From contig JBHGNT010000015.1 in assembly GCA_043228905.1 (NCBI GenBank), positions 1,364,001-1,428,000 of the forward strand: a DNA stretch of 64,000 bases. The letters are read 5' to 3'. The stretch comes from Azolla caroliniana (taxonomy: Eukaryota > Plantae > Polypodiophyta). A program made the position numbers and the translations under genes. The notes under the pieces were generated by a model. The model saw only the letters and a program-made list of their open reading frames with translations, did not search any database and was not told the origin of the DNA. This document shows, one piece after another, positions 1 through 14,805 of this stretch. Position 1 is the first letter of the stretch. Every line of letters starts with the position of its first letter.

Positions 1-29
1 TCATTTGGTTGGGTTGAGTTGGCACTGTA

Positions 30-2103
30 CAATGTTACCTTTTGACGGCCGTTTTGACCATTTTTGGCAAATTTAACCGTATATGAAGGTTAATTTAAAA
101 ATGAAACCGTCAATCTTGATGGGCATATATTTTATAAAAACGTAAAAATGAAGGTTTAAATTTTGTTAATACCGTCAAATTTTGCTAAGTCCAAAACAAT
201 TGTACATGTATTAGTAGTTACAAATTACAATTCATAGGCTATGGCATATAGTATAGGCTATCACTACATACCAAGATTTATGTGATTTGGGTGTGCTACT
301 AGAGGTGACTAATATGCCTAAGCAACATGATTATATATCTTATACTTGTAGATATGGAGGATATGAATTTTTGGTTGCCTTTGGGAAATATCTTCTAGAT
401 ATTCAAAGCTCAAACCTAGTAAATTCCCCATCTACTCTTTGATGCTAGATGAAAGTATTGACAATGGATTAGAGTTGCACCTCATTGTGTATATTACATA
501 CTTGCAATGTGGTGGTTGTGGGCCTAAGGAAATTGAATATATGGGTTTGTTGAAAATTCCCAATAGTAAAGGTAGAACTATATATGAACATATATTAAGC
601 ATATTAGGCGATCAATGCCTCAACATGAACAAGTTGATTAGATTAGCCATTGATGGTCTGTCATCAATGATTGGTAGGGAAATTGGAACAGTAACATTAA
701 TGAAAAATGATATCCCAAATTTAGTTGGTGTACATTGTATTGCTCATAGAGAAGCATTGGTTATTTTAGATGTATCTAGAGATATCCATGAGCTCATTCT
801 TGTAGAAAAAATTGCAAATAAGGTATATGCATAAGCTAACAATAGTAGCAAACACATGAAATTTTAGAGCTCTTGGAGCAAATGCAATTGGATGCTCATA
901 GACCCCTACAAATTCATAATATTCGTTGGTTGTCATGTGGTCAAGTCATGGAAAGACTAGTAAGTATAATGCTTGCAATACTTACTATTTGGAAGAAAGA
1001 GAACTTAAAAGAGTGGTATAATAAAGCTTGTATCTATAGTGTACAATTTTGCTTTTGTATAATGGCTAATGTGTTGCTTTTGATGAATATTTTGAGCTTG
1101 AAACTTCAAAAAGAGAATTTGGATGTAACTTCAATTGGTGCAAAAATTGATATTACTATTTCTAATTTGCGGCACATTTGCAGATGGAGCAATGTATTTA
1201 TCCAAATTCTTAAGATGTTCTAAAGTTGGGTTTTTGGAAATAGAGGATAAAGATAGCATTACATATAGACATGAACTATACTTCAAACAAATTCCCATGG
1301 ATAAAGCAAGTCACAATGATAAGAATCTCAATATTGAAAAATCTAAGGGAATGATGCCATTTATAGATGGATCACTTGAAAGTTGTATTAAACTATATCT
1401 CAAAATTATGTGCAAAAGATTATTGATGGACTAAATGCAAGGTTCAATGATTTAAGCTTAAGCCTCTTCAATGCAGCAAAATTATTTAGCCCATGCCATT
1501 ATGTAGAGGATGATGTGATTTGGGATAGTAAAGCAAAGACATGGTTGGAATTTTGATTTCTCACTTACAACCAAATGTTGATGTCAATGCATGTCTTCAA
1601 TTTTTACATGATGCAAAGGCTTGTGAAATAGAACTCTATAGGTTTGTTGACACTTTACGTTTAAATTGTGAAGGCTACACTATGCGTGAAGCTTGGCGTA
1701 TGTTTTGCAAAATGAATGATTGGCAAGATAGTTTCCCTCATTTGATGAAATTATGGCACGCTACTTTGGTTATTCCATCTAGCACAGTTTCATGTGAGAG
1801 AGGGTTCTCTAAGCAAAATCTCATCAAAGAGATGAAAAGAAATTGATTGAACATACAACATTTAGATGATTTAATGTGAATCTTATTGAATGGGCCACAC
1901 ATTGAAGAAATACAATGGGATCGTGTATATGAAATTTGAAAAAAAGCAAAGGATAGAAGGGTATAATATATTGTTTAGTACGAATATTCAATTTATTTAC
2001 TTTTTGAAGGGCAATTTTTTTGACAAACCGTTCTCATGACTGGCAAAATTTTGGGAATATCGTTCTCATGACAGGCAATGTTAGCTGTCAAAAGGCAACA
2101 CTG
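30..2103 (+). mobile_element. Decayed hAT DNA transposon (ZNF862/DUF4371-like) with ~20-bp TIRs
   Basis: Left end caatgttaccttttgacggc (30-49) matches the reverse complement of the right end, cagtgttgccttttgacagc (2084-2103), at 17/20. ttggcac occurs at 19-25 and 2104-2110 as an imperfect, offset TSD. Confidence 0.8.
240..1975 (+). pseudogene. Fragmented hAT transposase
   Basis: ORF pieces carry MLDESID (first catalytic D), VHCIAHRE (CxxH), IRWLS, and IPSSTVSCERGFSKQNLIK (hAT C-terminal dimerisation motif). Multiple stops and frameshifts. Confidence 0.85.
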
Positions 2104-3261
2104 TTGGCACATAGCAACTTGATGGGGAAAATCTAACTTATCCTAGTTGGATGACCCCAAAATATGCTCAATGTTTCACACACTTGGGATTTGACTCAAG
2201 CAATGGCTCACACACTTGGGCGTGCTAGATTTCTAATAATACATAAAGTCGTTATTAACCCAAATTTGAGTGGGTTTTGGGAGAGTTGATAATCTCAACT
2301 TTTTCCAAAGATTCTTCTTAAAAAGGTGAGTTGTTTATCCCAAGTCAAGTTACAACAAAAGTCAATAATAACGAACACTAGTTTGTAATTTTCTTCATCT
2401 CGTAGATTGACCTCATTAATTTGATCAAGACCATTAAGTGTGATCCCCTGACTTTGTGATTTCCTAGTTGGGCGGAGGCATGCTACGAGTCAAGTCCCTT
2501 GCTCATACAGTCTACAATGGTTGAAACATGGTACAAGTTTAGCTACCTTGTTCATAGGTTTGGTAACAATATGCTTGCATGTACATGATCCAACCATTTG
2601 GATTTTGTTAGGGTTGATTATATAGAATAAGTAGGGTGTAATACCATGGGTTCCTCATCTCTATTTTTCGCTAGTTCCATGCTCGGTTGAAACAAGAAAA
2701 TGTTCTTCCATTGTCCTTGTAACACATAGAGAATGATCCCTACGAGTATACTTAAACATATACCTAATACTTCATGCCTTTAACATATTACTAAGAGAAT
2801 GTTTTTGTGTTTTGTAATACTTAAGGCCAATTAATCCTTGATTCTCTACAATTATATTTAAAACATTGGAATAGTGAACTAATCTCTCATGACTTAGTGT
2901 AATATTTAGAGAATGCTTTTGCATTTTGTAATATTTAAAGCCTTAGGGTTTAATATTTTAGAGTTTAATGTAAATGGACAAGTTAGGTTTTTGGAAATAA
3001 TTTATTTGTAACCTTACCTAGGGAAAAACAATTAAGAGGAAGACCCGTTTTTTTTTCAACGCCTAGGCTCATGGTGCTACGGGCATGACCATACTTTATC
3101 CACGTGTGAACCAATGCGTTTGAGGACTATAAAAGGTCCACAAAACCGTGGGGCTAACTTAGCGCACTTACTTGTAGACAATGTCTTAGAATTGTGAGGT
3201 ACACGTAAAAATACTTTTAGAACAAACTTCCCTAACTTTCCATTGCAAGAGTGCAATGTTT

Positions 3262-3830
3262 TAAAGAGGGGGAGTATGTTACGAGCATAACCATATAATA
3301 TCCCGTAGTGAGAATTTACCGTAGTATTCTATACACGTGGATAAAGAGTGAGGGTTAAACGACAGTGTAAAGAAGGGGAGGGTTACTTTTAATCCTCGGG
3401 ATTGAGACAACCCATTAGGACAAGTGTGAACTTGCCTTGGGGCCTTAGGTCTGGCTATAAATATGAGGCCTAGCTACCCTCATTTGACACATTATCGACT
3501 ACGTTGAGACTCTGACATTGTGGTGGGTCAACTCTTGTAGCGAGCTCGCCAGCACCAGGTACGACTCGACGCCACGACGATGGTATGGGATGCCGATCGA
3601 GGCTCGAGTCTGTCTCAATCCCTTCGCTCGGGGTGGTCGAGTGGATCGGCACCCTTCTTTCTCTCTCTCCTTTCTTATTTATCTATCTTTTATCCTTATC
3701 ATATGCTTACATTAGTAGCTAAACTCTAAAACATGGCCCTTGTTCCATAACTCATGCTACAAAATAAATAATTGATAGTAAGGGTTATCTTAATTCCAAG
3801 TAAAACTTGACATCGTCCAACACATGTTAC
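3262..3830 (+). mobile_element. Possible old 3' LTR preceded by a polypurine tract
   Basis: aaagagggggag is followed by TGTTAC at ~3276, with a TATA-like ctataaata at ~3455. No partner LTR or TSD found. Confidence 0.35.
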
Positions 3831-6446
3831 AATATGTTGGTATAATATGGATACATGAAATATTGAGATCAAGACAATTCATGACTCAATCTTTGTGACC
3901 ATAAGGAAAATAATATTTCTATGAAGAATAAGAGGCCACATGTTCTCGCTCTCATGGCAAAGAGAAAATTTGCAATAAGCCCTCGCTTCTTTTAAAAGTC
4001 GTGAGCATGAGAAGATGTAATGTCCTATTCTTAATAGAAATCCAAACAATGTAGCAACATGATCCTACCAATAATCCGATACAAAACCATCTTCTCCCTT
4101 GCCCTAGCTTTTTCCTACATATTGATTATGATGTTGGGCTCCTTTACATCTCCCAACGTGAGACTTATTTCATTAATAAGGGAACTCAATAAGCTACAAG
4201 AGGCCAAGCATGAACAAAGTCCATTGTGAAATATGTGCATTGATGGCAAGTACACGTGATAATGATTTATTTAATGGCTAGAGACGGATGTTAGAAGGTT
4301 TTAAGCCTTAGTTTACTACCTTTACAAAGCCCTTTGATATTAATTGGATTCACTCAAGTTGACCAAGTTCAATGTACCTCGAGAAGTCCTGATATATGGG
4401 CCTTATTCCCATACTACTTATAAATACACCAATTGAGGGAGGAGACCACTCTAGGCAGGGGGGGATGATTGTAGCGTTCTCTTACAAGGATCAAGGGTGA
4501 GAGATTTTATGTATGTGAGCCATTTTCTTACATTAATTAAACATTATTCTTATTTAATAATTTGACTGTGAGGTTTTTTTTCTTAATATTATATTTACAA
4601 TTATTATTGTTCCCAACCAAAATCCCCACCCCCACATTTTTTCCACCACTCAAACTTGACATAGTTGAATCTGTGATTGTTGAACAAGTTGCACCATTTG
4701 CTTGAATGGTGTATCCATAACCACCTATGTCACCATTTGCCATGATACGGGTTTTCTCTCACTATCTTAAGGGGAACTCTGTATCATTACATGTCTATCT
4801 CTCATCTCTATTTGTTAGTGACCTATTATTTGAGTATGACAATACACTTTTGGATTTAGAGTTTCAAATGATGTATTGTTGTAGTTCATCGATGGTTTTG
4901 AATTTATATTGATCAATTCAATTTAGCATGATTCATTTTTCCTTTTCTTTATGTGTGTTGTGCATTTTATTATCAAATGGATTGACATATCAAAAGGTAG
5001 TTGTACTCTAATGTGCTACTTATGGATAGGGTTGATCGATTAATTTAAATGATATCTTATTACAACAGGAATATGCTAATTGAGAGTATGTCAGAGTCAT
5101 GTGGACTATTTCTATATTGATTGTGTACAAAAATCGTTTGAACATGTGTACAATTACATAATCATGCATAGTGAAATTGGCACAAAGACAAGAATCATGC
5201 AATCTTGCCATTAGAATTTGTTTATGGTAGGGTGATGTTGTCAAAGAGCAAAAAGGGGAACTTGTATATTTTGACAGAAGGGCCAAACCAGGTATTGTTA
5301 TGAGTCCCCTACCAATGGTAACGGAAATAAGGGGTCATCATCAAGACACTCATCAATTTTGTGAAATTGTTGGTTGCAAAGAAAGGGATGAAGAATCTCA
5401 TAAAACTCAAATAAATCGATGCCACTTTCACGTAATTTGCTTATTCTTTTTCCTGCAGAACAAATAATAAAAAACAACGAGCAAAGACCATTCTAATCAA
5501 ACTCGAAGCTCTTGTTAGGTGCCTTATTTAGGTAATCATGATTGGTCAAACCAATAGCCAAAAATATACCCCCCATGACCTGTCCAAAAGAAAAAACATA
5601 TCAATCTGGCCAATCATGGATTGACTCGAGCAATCATGGATCAACACGTATGGCACCTGAGCATCTATCCACGCAATCATGGATCGACATGTATGCACGA
5701 ATAAATGCAAAGCTCCTGCTAGGTTTAGTGTGGCTTCACCTTATTTAGGCAAACACAATTAGTCAAACCAATAGACAACCGTAAACCCCCCCTGACCCGG
5801 CCAAAAGACAAAATAGAACGATCCAACCAATCATGGATCAACACATATGCGACCTGAGCATCGATACGAGGTCAGTCTAGGGTTTCCAACCAATCATTCC
5901 TTCTTTCTAAGCAGAACACGACATGACATCCATCCAATCATTAGTAGGCGTAAACTGGCCGGCACATACTTATTATAAGAGATGCGTCTTGCCCAGGCAA
6001 TGATCTAGCCAATGATTGATTGACTCAAAGCAATCATGGATCAACACGTATGCGACCCACGCATCGATACACGGTCAGTGTAGGGTTTCCAGCCAATCAT
6101 TCGTTCTTTCCAAGCAAAATACGTCAACCCAGCCAATCATTAGCAGACACATGCACCGTAACTTTGCTGGTACATACTTATAGGAGATGCCTATTGCCCA
6201 GAGTTTTTTTTACTTGAAAACACTCTCCCAGACCAACCAACCAAATTCATAATCTCTTTGTGTGTGTTTCTCTAGTTTTAGGGCTCATACATTATAAATG
6301 TCCGAAAGTTTCAAAGAATTACAAGTATAGCCTCTCCTCTTCTGGCTATGGTGGCAGAGCTTCCCCCCCCCCCCCACCCCTGTCTCTGAGGATCCCTGAT
6401 ACGTACCCACCAGTACACGCTCTTTCTGCCTCGAAATCTCATCTCC

Positions 6447-8519
6447 ATGAATCCCTCAGAGGTCGATCTTCAGTCTCTAGAAGCACCTGCGAGAGACAGA
6501 GACATATACAAAGATGGCGAGGAAGAATCCTGCTTCCCTTTGACAGCAGGGGACAGTGAGAAAACCAGAGTTGGACGCCACCCTCGCTGGTCTCGCAACG
6601 AAACCCTAATTCTGATCGAAGCAAAGAGAGTGGAGGAAGCCAAGTGGTCTAAATTGAAAGAAGAAAGAGAGAGAGGTATAGAGACATGTAGATCAAATAG
6701 TGATTCGAAATGGTTGTCTATTGCTCAGTTTTGTGAGAGGATGGGATCAATCCGGTCGGCTTCACAATGTAGAAAAAGATGGTGCAATCTCTCGGCTGAT
6801 TATAAAAGAATAAGAGATTGGGAATGTCGTCGAGAAAAACAATCATTTTGGTTCATGAGCAATGATGTTAGGAAAGAGAATAAGCTTCCTGGATGCTTTG
6901 ATCGTGAGGTTTTTGATTCCATTGATAAATGGCTCGGAATTGATGTACATTGTTCAGCCCCAGAAGTCATATTTGATAGTGGTAGACAAGCAGCCGAAGA
7001 TGGTCTCTTCTCAGACATTCGACATACGTTCATTGAGGAGGAGAAATATGCTGAGAAAGAGATCGACATCGATAGCCCTATAATTGAAAGCCTTGCTTCA
7101 TCACAAGGTAAGTGTTGATTTCTCTATGCATCATTTGTTTGCTCTTTGTTCATTTAGTGTTTTCCACCATTGATCCACATGGGTGCAATATTACTGCAAT
7201 GCTGCATCTGCTGGAACTAGTTATTGATCTAGGGTATCAATATTTTCCACCATTGATCCACATGGGTGCAATATTACTGCAATGCTGCATCTGCTGGAAT
7301 TAGTTATTGATCTAGGGTATCAATATTTTCCACCATTGATCCACATGGGTGTAATATTACTGCAATACTACATATTCTAGAACTGGTTATTGGCCTAGGG
7401 TATCAACACCTGTATAGGTAAGATTTCTAAATGTAAGCGGGATCCTACAAAAGCTCAGGCTATTAATTCTGGCAGAGGGCATAGCCATAAGGATCTATAA
7501 GGTCATCTACTTTTCTAGAGATCGTACTTTTTGAATATGTATGTTTTTTAATGTCAATTTTTCTCTGGTGCTCTTACATTTTGACCATGTAAATTTGAAT
7601 GGTCTAGTTAACTTAAAGAAACACTTGTTGAATTAAAATTATAAATATGCTCAAATATCTCAGAAGGTCAGTAGTTTCAATAGTGAATCTTTCCTATAAA
7701 TGGTTTATGTATATATGTTATATATACTTTGTATTTCCATATATACAGATATACAGTGATGGACATATATATGGACTTCGTGATTATCACATACCTATGT
7801 TATTTGAGCAATTTATGTGTGGTCTTTCTGTGACTGATAACTGTTAAGAAGCTTAAAACATTCATGTATGAAGGATTCTTCTGTTTTATGTAAATATGTG
7901 AATGACTTTCGTGTGTGTAGGTATATGTCTGTACATACATATACATGTATGAACTAATTGGCTATCTGATGTCTATGATATGTGAGCAATTTATGTTTTG
8001 GTTTCTCCATGATTGGTTACTGTTGAGATATCCGAACATTTTTGCATGAACTACTAAAACATCTCTATGTAAAAGATTGATTTATTGTAACCTGATCAGA
8101 TAGAAACCCCTTGTGATTCCATTGCTTTTCATTTATGGATGATTCAATTTTGGTTATGAATGGAAAAAGCACATGAAGTTTTTTGTTATAACACCATTAC
8201 TTATGCAGCTCGTTATGAAGAGAAAATGTTCAGTGAGAATTTCTCCATGGAAGCATATGAGGATGTTTTGGAAGAAGAGCCTGACATATTACCGGGTAAA
8301 AAGAAAAGGAAAAGGCAACCAGATGGAGGTGTCAATCTATTTAGCAAAGAACTATGTAGTTTACTGGAAAATAGTAGCGAGATTCTGACGTCTCATATGA
8401 ATTCTCAAAACATGAACTGTCATCTCGATAGAGCGCAACGCAAAGAACATATGGATAGCCTTGTACATGTTCTTGGAAGACTTGCTCAGGCTTTTGGCAA
8501 GATTGCAGAGAAGCTATAA
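6447..8519 (+). CDS. ASR3: Trihelix transcription factor, ASR3/SH4-like; exons 6447-7107 and 8209-8519
   Basis: RHPRWSRNETLILIEAK...QCRKRWCNLSADYKRIRDWE...SFWFMSNDVRKENKLPGCFDREVF is the Myb/SANT-like trihelix region. The C-terminal LDRAQRKEHMDSLVHVLGRLAQAFGKIAEKL is typical of ASR3. A phase-1 GT-AG intron (7108-8208) joins the two frames. Confidence 0.9.
7161..7406. repeat. Tandem repeat, ~84 bp x3, in the trihelix intron
   Basis: Unit tttccaccattgatccacatgggtgcaatattactgcaatg...agggtatcaa starts at ~7161, ~7244 and ~7328. Confidence 0.9.
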
Positions 8520-9952
8520 ATTGCAGGTTTTATAATGCCATGAACCTTGAGTTTTTCTTTGCAGAAGATCTTCTACAATATGAATGAATGGAATCGACAA
8601 GGAGAGAGACATTTGCCATGGCAAAACAAGTTCTGAATGAGCTTTTCGTTTCTAAAATGATGTCTCTAAGAGACCGCGCAATGCATTTTTGTAGAGCACA
8701 GATAAGTGATTTGCCACAATGATTTTGTGCTACGTTGAGTTATGATTTCTGATATTATTTTGCTTCTTCCGTGCCATGGGGGGGCGTTAGTGTGGACGTA
8801 CAAAATTATGTCCAAGAAATTGTGCGATGAATTCATGTTCACCACAAAAGGTGATTTTATCCTTTGATTATAATATCATTTTTTATACATTATGTGGTTT
8901 CTTGCCATGGAATACATTTGTAGCGGCAGAGTGCATTTACATGGACTTGATAAATGATAGTCCATCATGCATGTATACAGTGTTGGAATGTTTTAAGGTG
9001 GAATGGAAATGTTCAGGATTCACATGTTGCAAAAAATCTCCTTTATGTTCTTGCCCAGAGTGTAATGATAATGGTTGTGACTGTAAGAATCAGCAAGGGT
9101 CGAAAAGACTAACCAACCTCATGTGTTGAGCATTTCCGAGATTGGAAGTTGAAAAGATCGCAATACAGTGAGACTTTTGAGTATTTTGTGCACAAGAGAA
9201 GTTCTGCGAGTTGTTTGAATGAGTCTTAATGATGTTATATGCTATCATGATTTTATGAATGCAACGACTCAGAGAACAAGGACTTTCGGAAGCCAAGGCT
9301 CAGGAGGCAAATTATACATCCCTGGATGTACAGGTGATGCATTTAAGATTCAACGACAAATATTGGCTACTCTTCTAATCTCAGACTCATTACTTGAGAA
9401 AAAAGCTGGCTTGTCTTCAAATTTCCAATCTTTTGCTTTGAGATGTGTATACATTGATCCAATTTCTATTATAGGGGTGGATGCAAGGATATGAGTTTTG
9501 GATCGGTTAGGTGGGCAATGACAACTGATGATTCAATGAAATGTTAGCATGACTATCAAAAGAAACTTCTAACAAACAAATCTCGCAAATTATTGAAGGA
9601 TCAGTGCGGTTTTAATGTTGCATTGTATTACATTTTTCTTGAATATCATTCTTTTCTTTGTTTGCTCAGCGTGGGCATGTCCCCAATTGTCCTTGATAAT
9701 CGTTCTCTTCGTGTTTGCTCAATGTGGGATATATCCTGAATTCTTATTGTAGTAGAAGGGGAGTGAGAAAGTAGATAAAGGATATCCAATCATTATAGAT
9801 GACATCAAACACGCAAAGCGGAGAATGTTTGCCCAAACAATTTAAAATGAAAATTGCATAAATTTCCTTTTGGAATTTTCCTTATGTAAAATAATGCAAT
9901 TCACACATTAAACATTTGGGGTTGGTTTGGTTGAAAGACAAGATTTTGTGAA

Positions 9953-9991
<39 letters not shown>

Positions 9992-10985
9992 TTGATTGCA
10001 ATTGATGGATAGGGCCATCCTTGTGAGGATTGAACTTGGGTTCTCTAAATTTTATGACTTGGATGCTACGTTGGACCAAGGCAAGCACCACACAACCAAT
10101 GCGAGAGGAGCGATGGTTAGGAAATATGAAGCAAAGGAAAGGAGCCACTCATAACAGCCGAATGTATAGGAACATATAGGCAAACTTTCGACATGCATGC
10201 TAATCTTCTCATTCACGTCAATCAGTATTCTAGGCCTCAAGTTTAGGTCAATGAGTTAGATGAAAAGTTGTGCAAGTTATGTCCATGTTTGGAAGTTTCT
10301 TTTTGTATATACATCTCTCTCAATGTCTCTCTCTCATAGATGACAACCGGTAGTCTCCACCTGTGGACATTAAAAAGATACCAAGCTATCTCTCAGTTCA
10401 CATCTGCTTTATTGTGAGACATGACATTGGGCATGAGTGATGACACTAGTCGACGACACACGTTTTTTTATCCTGAACAAATCCAAGAGTATCACGCTTT
10501 GATACAATGTTCTGTGGCTCTGATCACATACGACTATGCTTGCTTTCCACCCATTTGTTGACCAAACCTAACCCTTTGTCACGAATTTCCATCACATACC
10601 ATGGGTACAGATGGGCCGGTCAATCAGGTACCTAGAAACCCTAAGAAACGCCCGGCTAATCTGATCTGATTTGGTACTAGGAAGGAAGCCCATGAGACGC
10701 GATACACAAAGTTATGGGCATTCTCTTTTTTGTGTTGGGACTCTTTGTGTGGCCCCTTCAGTGTTCACCTCTCAACTAACTAACTTTTCCTTGGACAAAA
10801 CTGTCTGAACAGGGCCATGTAAAAGAACAGTGTTTTGTATTACATATGTATTCTAGCCTTCCTAAACCCTGACAGGGCATGGCAGAGCAGGGCTTCAGAG
10901 CTCCTGCTTGATCCTGTTTTCTTCTTCTTCTTCTTCTTCTTCATCTCATCTGATCCTGTCTTCTTCGTCTTCATCTCATCTCAAT

Positions 10986-13900
10986 ATGGGCTCGTTTGGA
11001 TGTCTCGATAATACAAAGCTCCTCACCCCTCATACATGCTCAACAACCTTGGTTCAATCCCCCCTCAGCATGAGAAGGTTAGCAAAAAACGCAGGTATCT
11101 CTCATGAAAACGCCATAATTTATCATCATCATCACCACCATAGGCAACACAGATGCTCCAAGAAGACCTATGGAAAATATTGTGGTGTTAGAAATGGTAT
11201 CAGAAGTGAGAAAGCGACAAATGGGAGGCCAGAGATCATATTGACCGTTGAGAATGATGGAGATTTAACAGCTTCTGCGGCAGCCAGGGCAAAAGTTTCA
11301 GCTCATAAACTGAAAGCCAGAGGTGCGCGATCGAGAAACACTCTCGAGGAAGAAGCATGGGACCTCTTACATGCTTCTATTGTTGATTATTGTGGTAATC
11401 CGGTTGGAACTATTGCTGCAAATGATCCAACTGTATCAAATGCTCTCAATTATGACCAAGTATTTATTCGGGATTTCATCCCGTCGGCCATGGCGTTCCT
11501 TCTCAAAGGTGAACACGACATTGTTCGGAACTTCCTTCTTCATACACTTCAATTACAGGTATGAATGTGCTTCAAAAACTTTAAATGCTGTTTACATTGT
11601 TCATATATTATATGTGCATCAGTGTGATATAGCTATCATTCATATATTAATGCATGTGATATATCTGGCTCACATATTAAGGTTAGCATGTTTGTTAGAA
11701 TGATGAATATTTCTGAAATAGAAGTGTAGACTACGATTGTTGTGAGGTGAGAAATTTTGAATTATATGGTCTATTTTGTGGCCTTTGTTAAGAAGGAGAT
11801 TTTGAAACCAACTCTACCTTCAAATAGGCAAGAGAAATAACCGAGAATGTATGTAGGGTTAGGAATCCCTTATAAATGATGATACGAGCTTTATGAATCA
11901 GAGGTTTTGAACGTACTAATTTGCCAATAGATTGTTGTATTTTTGTTCCCAAATGTGGCAATTTAATTGTAGGAAATGCCACATAAGTATGCCTACGACC
12001 CTTGTACTTCATCACATATCATATACGCTATATGTGTTCTCTTTCATTTTGGATATTCTTGGATTTTAACACAGTTTGTGCCTCACTGTGCTAATAGCAT
12101 TTCTCAGATCTTATTTGTTGGTGGTAACAAAATAGAGTCTTTTTTTTGTTTGGAGATTAAGATTTTATCATGGACTAGCATTTCTCAGATCTTATTTGTT
12201 GGTGGTAACAAAATAGAGTCTTTTTTTTGTTTGGAGATTAAGATTTTATCATGGACTAAGTTGAAGTACCATAAAGCTTCTAGTACTCGATCAAAATTAA
12301 AGTGTTCTTTTTCCCGCAAGTATTATTGACTTAATTGCAATACAGAGCTGGGAGAAGACAGTAGATTGCTATGACCCTGGCCAGGGGTTGATGCCAGCAA
12401 GCTTCAAAGTGCGTGTCATACCATGTGAAGGAAGTGATGTAAATGGCACTGAGGAGATATTAGAGCCTGACTTTGGTGAGGCAGCTATTGGTCGAGTTGC
12501 CCCTGTCGATTCTGGTACGTGGAAATGATGATTTCTTCTTGGAAATGTTCTGTTTTATTTTGTTTAATAGTTTAGGAAACAGATTTGTTATATCACAGGT
12601 CTATGGTGGATCATTTTGTTAAGAGCATATGGTTTAAGCACCGGAGATTTCTCTTTGCAAGAAAGAGTAGATGTACAAACAGGAATCAGAATGGTCCTGA
12701 AGCTTTGTCTTACGGACGAATTTGACATGTTTCCGACGTTGCTTGTTACTGATGGATCCTGTATGATCGATCGTAGGATGGGCATTCATGGCCATCCATT
12801 GGAGATACAGGTACCAGATAGAGTATTGATTATTTTTACCTGATACTTCGAGCATTCAGGCATTGTTTTATTCATTTCTCCTTTGTAGACTGGAGATCTT
12901 ACAAAGAGAGGATTCTAGCTCTTCATTTTTCACTGATTATGTTTCTATGTTCAGGCATTGTTTTATTCAGCTCTTCTTTGTGGACGGGAGATCTTCCAAC
13001 GAGAAGATTCTAGTTCTGATCTCATAAGAGAGATAGATCTCCGGTTGCTTGCATTATCCTTCCACATAAGAGAATACTACTGGATTGATTTGAAGAAGTT
13101 GAATGAGATTTACCGTTACAAGACTGAAGAATATTCATTCGATGCAATAAACAAGTTCAATATTTACCCGGATCAGATCTCTCCATGGCTGGTAGACTGG
13201 ATGCCAGATCAAGGAGGATACTTGATAGGAAATCTCCAACCCGCTCATATGGATTTCCGCTTTTTCTCTCTCGGAAATCTATGGTCTATCGTGAGTTCTT
13301 TAGCTACTCAAGAACAAGCAAATGCCATATTAGATCTAATTGATGCGCGATGGGATGACTTGATTGGAAACATGCCTTTGAAGATCTGTTTCCCAGCGCT
13401 TGAGAATGAGGACTGGTCAATCATTACTGGCAGAGATCCTAAGAACACGTACTCTCTCTAGCGCTCTCAGACACACACACACATATAATTGGTTTGGTGG
13501 TTTACACTGCAACATCACGGTCAATCAATATAATCGCCTCGGGCTCAACCCTGTCCTGTAGATGTCGTTTGTCTTCCCATAGATGTTAATAATCTATCTT
13601 TCTATCAATTTCAATAGTGTCCCATATTATGCATTCCATTAATGCAATACATCAGTTTATTGAGTTTTATCTATTGGGGAGGTTAAGCTTTTCTATATGC
13701 ATGCATGCATGCATGTGTGCAATAATTCTGTATCATTAATTTAGATGAGAATTTAACACATCACGGTCAATCAATATAATCGCCTCGGGCTCAACCCCGT
13801 CCTGTAGATGTCGTTTGTCTTCCCATAGATGTTAATAATCTATCTTTCTATCAATTTCAATAGTGTCCCATATTATGCATTCCATTAATGCAATACATCA

Positions 13901-14682
13901 GTTTATTGAGTTTTATCTATTGGGGAGGTTAAGCTTTTCTATATGCATGCATGCATGCATGTGTGCAATAATTCTGTATCATTCATTTAGATGAGAATTT
14001 AACACATACATATGAAAATGCATGCAGGCCATGGTCGTACCATAATGGAGGATCGTGGCCGACTCTTCTTTGGCAGGTATACGCTTTTATTACTTTCCTC
14101 ATTTTTAGAATGCCATCTAACTTCATATCATTTATATTGTTTCAATGCTGCCATCATCACGGAGTGCATGTTTTTCAATGTCCCTTCTCACTTCAGACAC
14201 ACTGTCCAATTTTCATAGTTTCAATGCTTCCATCATCACATAGTGCATGTTGCTCAATTGTCCGACTTCGCATTTATTTATATTTCTTGTTTTTCAATGT
14301 TCCTAACTTCATTTACTGTTTCGTGGGTCTCTCTGGTGCCGGAATGTTGCAAATCATACATTGTCATTAGTTTACTGTTGCATGCATAAAGATGGGAAGG
14401 TCGGAGCTTGCAAGACGAGCAGTTGATGTTGCCGAAAAGAGAATCTCTAAGGATAGATGGCCTGAATACTATGATACGCGGACAGGTCGTTTTATCGGAA
14501 AACAAGCTAGGCTCTACCAGACATGGTCCATTGCAGGTTACCTTGTCTCTAAGATGTTATTGGACAATCCATCAGGTTCCAACATGGTGGTTTGTGAGGA
14601 TCGAACCCCAAATTATTGTTTACTTGAATCCAACCCTCGAAGACGAAGCCGAAAACGCAAGTCGAGATCCATTATCGTGTAG
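10986..14682 (+). CDS. Alkaline/neutral invertase (GH100), organelle-targeted type; exons 10986-11558, 12346-12514, 12599-12810, 12955-13448, 14028-14076, 14371-14682
   Basis: Motifs [101 protein letters not shown] and WPEYYD. All five introns are GT-AG and in phase. The long N-terminal extension resembles a transit peptide. Confidence 0.95.
12096..12258. repeat. Tandem duplication, ~80 bp x2, invertase intron 1
   Basis: tagcatttctcagatcttatttgttggtgg...atcatggacta is repeated back to back. Confidence 0.9.
13512..14004. repeat. Tandem duplication, ~246 bp x2, invertase intron 4
   Basis: acatcacggtcaatcaatataatcgcctcggg...gatgagaatttaacac occurs at ~13512 and ~13758, nearly identical. Confidence 0.9.
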
Positions 14683-14743
14683 TTTGTGATCTTAATGCCC
14701 TTCAAGTTATGTAAAAAGATATGAGTTAAGGATCACTAGTCAT

Positions 14744-14745
<2 letters not shown>

Positions 14746-14802
<57 letters not shown>
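14746..14802. repeat. (AG)n microsatellite in the invertase 3' region
   Basis: Perfect AG run. Confidence 0.95.

Positions 14803-14805
<3 letters not shown>

Noticed and set aside
8827-9494. Cys-rich ORF or possible pseudogene downstream of the trihelix gene
   Set aside because: No recognisable family, interrupted by stops, no clear splice structure.
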